Positions 44,157 through 54,877 of a stretch of DNA of 64,000 nt are shown here, in pieces. The notes under the pieces were generated by a model, which was given only the letters and a program-made list of their open reading frames with translations, was not told where the DNA came from and ran no database searches. The position numbers and the translations under genes are program-made. The DNA lies in the NCBI GenBank assembly GCA_000002445.1, contig AL929603.2, forward strand, positions 320,001 through 384,000, written 5' to 3'. Origin of the DNA: Trypanosoma brucei. Its lineage: Eukaryota. Position 1 is the stretch's first letter. Every line of letters begins with the position of its first letter.

Positions 44157-46884
44157 GTATTTATCAACTGAAACGAATTTCCCTTCCATCTTCTTGCGAA
44201 ACTTCCTCACATGGATGCAGCCTTTGTGCGTGGATGATAAATACGTGAATACGTTCGCTTATATTCAATACATAAGCGGGTGCAATTGTCGTTGTTGTTG
44301 TTGTTGTTTGTGCACGCGTACATGAAACATTTTCTCATTATTATGTGCTTATGTTTCCTTTCCTTTCCTTTTCTCTCTCCCTCTTTTCCGCACGCGCACA
44401 CAAACATGCACATGAATATGCGCAACATCTTATTAAATATGATTGCTGGAGTTGTTTTATATTAATAATTTTGGTCCCCTTCCTTTCTCTTCATCTCCTC
44501 CTTGAGTAAATGGATAAATTCCATTTTATACACTATGTAAGGTTTAATATATAAATATATAAATAAATATATATATATATATATATTAGAAAAAATGAAA
44601 GGAAGGAGAAGGCAGCGAAAATAAAAGAATAGAAGAGAAAAGATAGGAGAGGAGAGGAGGAGAAGGGGGGAAAAAAGAAGAAATTAAGAAAAAAAAAAGT
44701 AAAATGTGATAATTATAGAAGAATGAACAGTGGTGTCCGAGCCGGAATGTTAAATAGTCCAATTGATGTGAGAGAGAAAGTAAGAGAAAGAGAGAGAGAG
44801 AGAGAGAAGTCCTAGGATTTCAAACAACATCATTCATGGGATATATAGGAAGCCAAAAAAAGGAACATATTTGTCTTTTGTCTTTTGTCTTCTTTCTTTG
44901 GAAAAAAATAATAATTCATCATTGCCTTATATATATATATATCACTCAGTGATCACGTAAGCTAATGATGAAAAGGGAACAAATGCATTTCATCGGCACC
45001 TCGCCTACGAGAAACCCGGAAGGTTACGCATAACCCGACTCAAGAAATTACGGAATTATCCAGTGGGAAGGAAAAAGCAACAACAACAACAACAACAACA
45101 AAACAACCACATGTAACTCAGGACTCAATACTTTACAAGTGAGGAAAAAAAATAAAAATAATTACAAACTTAAGTTTTTATTGGAGGACCGGCTTTGGAA
45201 GCCGTCATATCGAAAGACCGCCATCTTTAGTTTTCCCCTTTTGTTTGTTTGTTTGTTTGTTTTTGTCCCTCGGAAAGATGAGTTGAAACTCACTTCAACA
45301 ATATCATGTGCCCAATACTTTCCATTACCATAAGAGAGAAAGAGTGAAAGAGAGAGAGAGGGTACTCTAAGTTATTATGCATTGTAGTTATATATTTATA
45401 TGTACATTAATATTAATATTAATATTTTTGTTATTTAATTTATATATTTATATATATTTATATATTCATGTTGGTCTGTTGGTATCCATGCAAAACCGAC
45501 CCGTGCATGAAATGTGGACTTTCATAACATAATATAAACTCAAATTCGGTACTGGTTGCTTGATATTACGGTAACGCATTTACTGCCAAAAGGCGAACAA
45601 TTCTCTGAAGGAAGAAACAAATATAGGCGCATGCATGCAAAAAAAAAAAAACAACAACACAAAAGAGGAAAATATGGCTTCAGGAAAAGAGGCACGGAAG
45701 CGAATCAAGAAGAAAAATAAAAATAAAAAATTAGAAAGTGGGTGGGAAGGGGCGAAGAGAAATATTTCTATTAGTGGTGAATGTTATGTAGATATGCACT
45801 CAGCAGAGACATTAATATAGACATGTGAAAAAATAAGTAGGTGTGTATACAATAAATATATATATATATGTGTGTGTATATGTATGTATATATATGTATA
45901 TAAATGTATATGGTGGTGCGTGTTATAAGAGGAGGAGGTTTAATAGTGTGGGATTTGTACAGTTGTTTCTCTCTTATCAATTCATTCGTCTGTTTCTGTG
46001 TTTTCCTCTCACCATGTATCGATAAGACGGGAATTGTCACCCGAAAGTTTGTTAATGCACTTGTTTTCTTTTTCTTTTTTTTTTTACTTTCTCGCATTTT
46101 CTGTAGCCCAGTGCCACTTCGACTACCATTACTATTATTATTATTATCAGTAGCAGTAATAGTAGTAGTAATATCAATATTTGCTTTGGTGTTATTAAAG
46201 TTGATATGTTATGAGTGTTGTGATTGTGACTGTTAAGATTTAATTTCTTGTTTCCCCTCTGTGAGTGTATTTTTATATATTATTATCATTGTTATTTTAA
46301 TCTGTAATCTCTTTGTTTTATTTATGTCTCTCTCTCTCTCTCCCTCTTTGTTTGTCTCTTTGTTTTACGTCCACTTCTTCAATTCGTTTCTTCTTTCACT
46401 TTCCCTTTTTTTTTTCGTAAAAAAATTGTGTCCCTTCCGTTTAACCACGCAATTTTCTGTTGTGTTTCACTGCATTGCATTCACATTTGACGGGGTTAGC
46501 CGGAAGGGAAGTGAAACACACAAGAAAACAAAAGAAAAAGGTAAAGTAAAACAGAAAAAAAGAGTAAAGGGAAGTTATTTATTTATTTTTATTTTATCTT
46601 CTGTTCGTATTTGTCGTCCGCGCGACATTCGGCGTTTGTTTTTGTGTGCGCGGTTTTGGCTGTTAGTTTCATATCCAGTCGGATCCGTTCAGTGGCGTGG
46701 CTGTGCGAAAAAGTTTAAGGAGGAGGAGGAGGAGGAGGGGAAGGAAAAAGAAGAAAAGAAAAATAAAAGAAGCAAGAACAAAAACAAAAAAGAAAAAGAA
46801 GAGGAAAGAAAAGGGGAAAGGGGCGCGGCTCATCTGCACTTTTACTCCATTGCATTCGCCCTTTAAAAGAAAAAAAAAGAAAAG

Positions 46885-46911
46885 AAGGGAAGGGAAGGGA
46901 AGGGAAGGGAA
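46885..46911 (+). repeat. (GGGAA)n pentanucleotide repeat inside an A/G-rich block (46700-46925)
   Basis: gggaagggaagggaagggaaggga. Confidence 0.6.
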
Positions 46912-47864
46912 AAGAAGGAGGAAACAAAAAAGAAGAAAATTCCTTTATCCCTTTCTTGTGCCATCGTCATCGCAACACTATAAACAATAGGGAACGTGTG
47001 TAAACCTTTTCTCTATCTCTCTCTATCTCTCTCTTTTTTATTATTATTATTTTCTTTGTTCCATACAAACACACAAGCCGACTTAACATAAGGCAGTTGG
47101 GGCGGAAGCCGCGGGCACCACCACTGCTGTAGTTGTTTTTTTTTAGTTTTTCTTTGTTCTTTCGTGTCTTATCTTATTTTAATTTACTCTTGTTTTTTGT
47201 TTTAGTGCTTTTTTTCTTTGATTTATTGTTCTTGTCGGCACCGTTATTGTTATTGTTGGTGCTACTCCCAGTGGTGCATTACTTTGGACGAGGCAAAGTA
47301 GTCCATTTTTTTTTAAAAATTATTCCTCCTCTTTGTTCTCTTTCTTTTATTTAATTCATATTTTTTTTTACTATTTGTTACCGTTATTATTTGTTTATTT
47401 GTTGTTTCCATTTATTTTAATTTACTGTCCTGTCATTCACTTTCTTTACGAAGGTGTAAGTTGGGAAAAAACGTGCGCACGGGAGAGAAACAGAAATACA
47501 AATACATACAGAAGTTAGGGGAGAAATAAATTAAAGCAAAAAAGAAAAAAAAGAGAAGAAACAACAGAACGAAACAGAAGAAAAACGGAAGGGGAAAAAG
47601 AACAGAATTAAGTGACAACACAGTGAGAAGAAGGAGTGAAAGCGAAAAAGGGGGAAAACAAACAGTAACAAAGCAAAAGAAAAAAAGAGTGAAATTCTCT
47701 GCTTAATAAAAAGCAAGTGTATATAACATATATATCTGTATATATATATATATACCTATAATTTGTTTATTTATTTATATATTTGTCTTGTTATTGTTAT
47801 TGTTATTTTTTTTATTTTTGATTACTTTGCCATTGATATATATATATATATATATTTGTTAACA

Positions 47865-49622
47865 ATGGGTGGTATTCCTTCACGCGACGCGCCTACTACA
47901 TTGTTTTGCCTTCGGTACGGCACCCATGAGGTAGGACTCATTCCCCTCGTGTACCGCTACTTTCACAGTGATAACAAGGAGTTGCGAGAGCAGTTTGTGC
48001 GGGTGCGTAATGATCCGAGCATACGCTACAGCTTCATGCGTAGCCCCGAGTATCGTATGGATGAAATACCAAAGAAAGTGTATACAGAGAAGACTCTGGA
48101 CAAGTTCCTTGATGTTATCGATGAATCACTTTACGATTCCACAAGTGCGATGCTCGCAGATGAAGACGCGCCATTCCGGCCCGTTCCTTGCGCCGTTTGC
48201 TTCGTGTATGTTAATGGTCGTGAGGGATCTGATTGTTTTTCATTCTATGGCCGCCGCATTAATATCATTGGTCACTTTGGCTGTTACGAATCCGAGGATA
48301 GGGTTAGTGAAGGCCCATGCCTCCACGCCCGAAAAACTATTTTGAAGGCTGCGGGTGATCGCACGCTGGAGCGTGTTGTTACACTGGCCGCTATGATGCT
48401 CAAAGGGGAATTCTTCCGCGCCGTTCAAACGGTGTGCCCCACGCGGGACCCACTGGCAATGTTAAAGCGCCGACTGAATCCCTTGATACTTGTCGCCTCT
48501 ACACCATGGAACAGTTACCCCACCTTGAAGTTTGTTTACGATACCGCCGTTATTGCATGGGCGTATGGAAAGGAAGTCGTTGAGGCGGATCCGCCGCGCC
48601 TCTCCATGTACGAAATTGAACAAAGCGGTGAGGGTGGCTTATGTATGCGAGTCAGTGGCTCGGTGCTTTTGTGGGCTGTTATGCGCGTGTGTGAGACACT
48701 TACGCTTTCTGCAGTGCGTGGATCCTGGGAGCAGTACGTGCTGGATGACTTTGAGATGCAGCAGAAGGAAAAAATTGTCTCCCAGTGGCTTTCCACAAGC
48801 CCACATGTAAACAGTTTCCTCGGGTCAGAAACATTCACCGACCTCGTACAGAAACGACTGGCTACTCTTCTGCGGGAAGTTGTGCGCGCCCGTGAGACCC
48901 CGACAGAAGACACAACGCTGTGGGGTGAATCACAGGAGTATAGTCATGATGGAAAACTCTACCGTATCTTCAATTCCCCAACTTGCGGCCCTTTCCTTGC
49001 AACTGTGAAGAAGAAGGTGCCTAAGCGGGGAAGCAGCGCCAACACCGGCAATGCAAGTATTACAAGTGCAACTGGTGGTGACTCAGCGAGTGACCGGCGC
49101 TCCAGTGGTGTTCACCTCACGGACTCACCCAGCAGTGGTGGAGAAAATAAATCCCGCAGCTCCGGTCAGGGGAACCCCCGATCCAAAAACAATGGCAACC
49201 AACCTTCTGGTTTCCCCGCACACAACAATGCTGGTCAGCCCCCGCAGTACAAAGATGCTGTCAATAGTGTTCTCCAGTCGCAGTTCGCAACAGCTGCGCA
49301 GCGTGTCGTGTATCAAATGCCGCCTCCCGTCGGCAAAACCTCTCAGGGCCAAGTGTCCGTTTCCCCTCAGATGTCACCGCAGTTTGTACCGATGTTTCAA
49401 ACTGCACCTCCGCCACCCATGCAGCAATTTAGCGTTCCATATGTTGTAATGGCGCCACCCGAGTCACAGCCGCAGCCGCAGCCGCAACCTCAACCTCAAC
49501 CACAACCCCAAATGGGAATGGTGTTCCCAAGCACTGTTGCAAATTATGTGCTTTTGCCAGATGGGCGGGTCGGAATGATCAACGCACCAGCGCCCCCCAC
49601 TATGGGCTTCTGGGGTCAGTGA
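47865..49622 (+). CDS. Member 2 of the MGxxxS/Q-rich paralogous family
   Basis: MGGIPSRDAPTTLFCLRYGTHEVGLIPL... Shared blocks are PVPCAVCFVYVNGREG, GRRINIIGHFGCYE and TLERVVTLAAMMLKGEF. The tail contains a (PQ)n run. The track ORF begins at an upstream non-ATG start; the first ATG is 47865. Confidence 0.6.
   Translation: MGGIPSRDAPTTLFCLRYGTHEVGLIPLVYRYFHSDNKELREQFVRVRNDPSIRYSFMRSPEYRMDEIPKKVYTEKTLDKFLDVIDESLYDSTSAMLADEDAPFRPVPCAVCFVYVNGREGSDCFSFYGRRINIIGHFGCYESEDRVSEGPCLHARKTILKAAGDRTLERVVTLAAMMLKGEFFRAVQTVCPTRDPLAMLKRRLNPLILVASTPWNSYPTLKFVYDTAVIAWAYGKEVVEADPPRLSMYEIEQSGEGGLCMRVSGSVLLWAVMRVCETLTLSAVRGSWEQYVLDDFEMQQKEKIVSQWLSTSPHVNSFLGSETFTDLVQKRLATLLREVVRARETPTEDTTLWGESQEYSHDGKLYRIFNSPTCGPFLATVKKKVPKRGSSANTGNASITSATGGDSASDRRSSGVHLTDSPSSGGENKSRSSGQGNPRSKNNGNQPSGFPAHNNAGQPPQYKDAVNSVLQSQFATAAQRVVYQMPPPVGKTSQGQVSVSPQMSPQFVPMFQTAPPPPMQQFSVPYVVMAPPESQPQPQPQPQPQPQPQMGMVFPSTVANYVLLPDGRVGMINAPAPPTMGFWGQ
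49463..49510 (+). repeat. (CAGCCG/CAACCT)n coding microsatellite giving a (PQ)n run in the 47865-49622 CDS
   Basis: cagccgcagccgcagccgcaacctcaacctcaaccacaaccccaa. Confidence 0.7.
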
Positions 49623-51901
49623 GCGAAGCTTCTGCGCTGCGGAGAGTGGGGGAAGTGTTTTTCTTTTTTTTTTATTTTTTTACTCTTTTTATTTTTATGT
49701 TGTTGGTGTTGTGTTATTATTATTATTATTAATCACTGGCAGTGTAAATATGTGCCTGGTTACGTCGGTATTGGTGTACGTATATAAACATATATATATA
49801 TGTATTCGCTTTGTTACCCGCATTCTTCCACTTCAAGAAGGGCAAAAAGGAAGAGAAATAAAAGAAGAAATGTAACTTTGTGTTTTGGTTTTTATTTGCC
49901 CCCCCCCCTCCCGGTTTCTTCGCTTTGTCTCTCTTCTCCTGCATACACGTGCGCTATTGTGTTGCGGGCCAAAATGGTGTCATTTGTTTGTTTGTTTATT
50001 TGTTCAGTGTTAAAAAGTTTTCACTGCTTCATCATTTGTAGCTGTGGTGGTGCTTCTTTTTTTCTTTTTCTTGTGTGTGCATATATATATATATATATAT
50101 ATTGACGTTGTTTATTTTTGTTCCGTGCGGTGCCGAGTGACCGCTGTTGTTCCTAACTTTTGGGTAGACATCACTAAAACGCATTTCTACTTTGTAGTTG
50201 CTATCGTTGTTGTTTTTTTCAAAGAAAAATATTTGTTTATTATTACTATTTTTTAATAATATCTTCCAGCAACTGAAGAAAAAAAATAATAATTATAATA
50301 ATATATATTATAATTTAATTATTTATTGGGTTTGATAACTTGTTTGGTACATTTTCAAGGAACCAAAATTTTTTTGTAGAATTTATTTTATTTTATTTTT
50401 TTCGTTTTTTCCCCTTAAATTGAAGTAAGAAAGGGGACAAAGAGGAAGAAAAAGAAAATAAAATGAGGGATAAGGTCAAAATAAATAAGGGAGCGTTGAA
50501 ATTAAAGAAAAAAAATATGTATTTTTTCGATACCTCTCATAAGTCTTCTTTAAAAAAAACGAGACCCATGTTATTTAATAAAACAATTCAGAGAAAACGA
50601 AATGAGAGAAGAGGGGTAAAAAAAAGAGAAAGATACAAAACGCCATTTCATTGATGGCAATGTGTTGAGTGAATGGGACATTGCATTTTTATATTTTTTT
50701 TAAAAAATATATATATTAAATGAATGATAGTTAGCGAAATGAAGCAGAAAGAAAAAAAAGAAAAGAGAAGAGGAGGTAGAGGGAAGAGATGATATTAATA
50801 ACCGACCATTGTAAGAAAAGTGAAGAAAAAGGAAAAAGAAAAGGCATTGTGTTATTGCAGAAAAGACACAAACATGATGCCGTGTAGAGGAGGAAAATAT
50901 ACTCCAAAATAATAATTAAAAAAAAAAGGAAGAAGCGCTGTGGCACCTACGCAATCACATTTATAAATACCTAAATATTTAAATACAAGACAAATCAAGC
51001 GACACATGTATATTTGTATTTAATGTATTTATAATATATTTGTTTATTTATATATACGTATACATACATACACGAATGAACAAATAAACACAGAAATATA
51101 TATATATATATATATATTTATTTATATTTATATTTATATATATACACGCATACTTAATAACAAATACCCCAGAGGAACATGGTTTCACGATTGTCAGCCT
51201 TTTCCTCGTTATTTTATCTTTTTTTTTTTTTACTACCAAAATACTGAGAACCCCCGCCGATTTTGTATTTCTTTTTTAAAATTTCATGTTTACCATCGTC
51301 ATGATGTTTATTTATCACTGCTACTAATTATTATTGTTGTTGTTGTTGGTGTTGGTGCTGTTGGTTTTTTTTATTTTCTTTCGTTGTAGCTGCGTAACGC
51401 AAATCGTTTTGTTTGTTGATTGTGCCCCCATTTTAATATATTTTCTTTTTTCCCCTTTTTTACACTGTTTTTTTTTGTTTGTGCTCCCATAATTTTTTTC
51501 AATGATTGTTTTTTATTTTTAAATTTCTTGTTATTATTGTTGTTGTTACTATTTTTTCTAAATTTATTTTGCGGACATATTTATATTTCAATATTTAATG
51601 CGTCCATTATAATTATTATCACTGGTTTCATTATCACCTCGTCTTGTTTTTTGTCTTCGTCATGAATCTGCGGACGTATTTCTCATAATGTCCAAAATAA
51701 ATAAATAATAGTAATAATATTAATATATATATATTAATATTGTGTGATGCGTATTTCTATCTCTTATTTTCAACTTGTAAAGAGAAGGAAAAAGAAAAAA
51801 AAAGGCAACAAATCTGTAACATGCATTACTCCTCGTAGTAGTAGTAGTACTAGTAGTTTTTTTTCCCCCAACCAGCTCCCGTTTTTGGCCGTTATTTTTA
51901 A

Positions 51902-51903
<2 letters not shown>

Positions 51904-51956
<53 letters not shown>
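51904..51956. repeat. (TTA)n microsatellite, about 17 units
   Basis: ttattattatt... is uninterrupted for about 53 bp. The 51744 and 51770 ORFs on opposite strands decode it as poly-I/poly-N artefacts. Confidence 0.8.
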
Positions 51957-52355
51957 TTGCTCCTCATCTACATCTTTTGTCGTTGTTATTGATGTCTTTT
52001 TTTTTTGTCTCGTGGAGGGCAGCAAAATAATAATTAAAAAAAAAATAATAATTTTAAAAGAAAAAACAAAAACACAACACAGAGCAAAAAGGAAAAAAAA
52101 AGAAAGAAAATGGTAGCGGGGAATCGTGTTGGGGTTTAAGCGAGAAAAAAAAAATAATAATTCCAAGCAACAGCACCAACAATATTAGTAGTAGTAATAA
52201 AAACAAACAAAAAACAAATATCTCTTTTTTTTTTGTCTTCTTAAAAAGTTGTGTGTATAAAAAGTTCCTGCACGCGGATGTGGACCTCCTTCCTCGTCCC
52301 ACTTCTCGTATTTTATTACTATTATTATTGTTATGATTGCCATCATATATATTAC

Positions 52356-52393
<38 letters not shown>

Positions 52394-54877
52394 CCTGCAC
52401 ATATGCTCCGAAACATATATGAATAAATACAAAAAAAACTAAATATTTATTATATATTTATACATAATTGTTTTCATCATGTTTTAACACTTCCAATATA
52501 AATGTGAGTGATTTTATTTTATTTTTTTGACGTGTACGTGTACGTGTATTCAATTTCCTTCTAACGAAATGAAATGAATGCCCTTGAAAAAGAGAGAGAA
52601 GTGAAATAAAAAAAACAAAAAAATTGAAGTAAATGGGAGGGCTGAAGGGGTCGTGTACTCCTAATTTTAATTTTAATTTCTTTTGTTTTGTGACTTTTTG
52701 TTGTTGTTTTCGTCGTTTTCTTTCCTTTTCTTTTTTTTGTTAAAGCACCCGACGCCGCGTGTAATGACGCAGTGGGAAGCAGTGGTGTAAACAATTCCAA
52801 GAGAGCAAAGGAGTTGAAAAGTGGAGCAACAATAAATAAATATAATTTGTAAAATTATTGTGTGACGAAACAAAACAAAGCACAACAAAACGGAAATAAA
52901 ATATATATGTATGTAGATATATATATATATATATATTGAGTAAATGAGTGAATACCCCTCTTTTTTTTTATTTTATTTTTTTGAGTGTGAGGAGAGAGGA
53001 GAAGGAATATTAATGAAGGAGCGGATTGTTTTCTAGTTAAACAAAAAAAATTATATAGAAACTGGTAGAAAACACACGGGATGGAAATTGAGCGGTAAAA
53101 ACTTGAGAAGAGGACGAAGTTTTAAGAAGGATATGCGAGCGATGTACATTTCATTTTATTTTTTGATTCTCTTTTATTACTATTATTATTTTTACTTTAC
53201 TTTTTTTTCTTTTTCTTTCTCTTTTTATATCTTATATGATTATTAATATTTTGCCTCTTTTTAATAGAGGTTCATGCAGCGCATTCGCCTTCGTTGGTGC
53301 AGTTCTTCATGATCAATTCGTAAATCTCAACCCGCCGCGTCACTTTTTTCCTCCCATTTTGTTGTGTTTGATTTGAAAGGGGGGAATGGGGTAAAAATTA
53401 GAAGGAGAGCCATTGTGTTGTTCATTCGCAAGTGTGTTGTTATTAAAATTCAACTTATATATATTTCTTTATTTTTCTGTATATTTTTAACGCATTTTTA
53501 CTTTTAAATAAATAAATAATATATATATATATATATATGACTATTGATTTTCTCCTCCTTATTTGGTCGTTGTTGATACTTGTATTTCTTTTTTTTTTTT
53601 TGTGTGTGTGGTTTGTTCGTAAGTTTAACTCATCCTCTGTTACCATTACATATGTGTGTTTGTGTGAAGGAGTGCGATAGAGCGAGAAGGAAACAGAGAG
53701 TGTGTTTGTGTGCATTTGAAAGAAAGACAAAAATAAAAAGCAAAGCGAAGAGGGTGAGAGTATATATATATATTATTATTATTAAACCAACAATAAAAGA
53801 GGGAAAGTGGGGGAAGGTAATGGAAGTGTGAAATGTTGTCGTGCATGAAATTTCGAAGATATGCGTACGATCTAATTTTATGTATTTGTGTTTGTTTACA
53901 CGCGTGCGTGACATAAGTAAATGGAAGTGTGGGATGGGACATGGACAAATAATTGCCATTTGAAATATTCGTTAATTGCATCCCACCCTGTCCAATTCCT
54001 TTTGTGGCGCTCCGTGTCCTGCTCAACTCCATCCCCTTTATTTTATTTCTTTTTTGTCGTTTATTTTATTTTATTTCAGGCCCATTGTCAATTTCATTTA
54101 TGCTCTACGTGTTAGCTCTACTAATGACTTTGCAATGTCTTCATGTTTCATAACCCTTATTGGTTTTATCATTTTTACTGAATCACTTACTCGCTGTACA
54201 TCACTCTGTTTCTTCTTCTGTTCTTATGTTTTTTCTTTTTTGTTTATTTATTTATTTATGAAACAACAACAACTACAATCATGAACAGGTCTTAAAGTCA
54301 CTCCAGGGGTGTGAAAAAAGACAAAGTAAAAGAGGGAAAGAGAAATAGGTCTTTTCGCTCTTTTTTTTACTTTTACTTTTGTTTATTTTTCTTTTTCCAT
54401 TTCCATAAAGGAAACTGTCATTTATACGAGAAAGACAGGGGAAACCCAAATAAAGGAGGGAAAAGAAACGTGATCATCGAAAAACAAAATAATAAATCTT
54501 TTTGTCATTGTTTCTGCCTAACCTTTAGCGAGGTTATATAACGCTAAAGTGCAGAATCAGAGAAGAGGCTGAGGGGGAAAAAAAAAGAAAAAAAATACCG
54601 AAACGGGGAAGACAAAAGAAAAGAAAGATAATAATAATAATAATAACAAGAACAAGAACAAAAACAGGGAAGCAAGAGAACCGAGTGAGGAAAAGGGTAA
54701 CTTTGTGACAGGAAGGACCTTACATCAAAGGGGAAACACCTTTAGAGAAGAAAACGTTGCTGTAATTTCGCATTTGCCACACGGAAAAGTGTAGCAGACA
54801 AGAAAACGAAACAAGCAACAACTACGAGCACAAACACAACAAACGGCAAACAGCGACGGTGACGGTGACGAACAAAT

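Noticed and set aside
44961-45060. ATGATGA (C-box-like) motif at about 44964, suggesting a C/D snoRNA
   Set aside because: No CUGA D-box or terminal stem at an appropriate distance downstream. A single heptamer match is expected by chance in AT-rich sequence.
46261-46990. ORFs 46261-46866 (201 aa) and 46697-46990 (97 aa) in the big spacer
   Set aside because: They translate homopolymeric and low-complexity DNA ((GGGAA)n and A/G-rich tracts) into poly-K/R/E/G or poly-F/L/S peptides. Codon composition is not coding-like, and overlapping frames on both strands are equally open.
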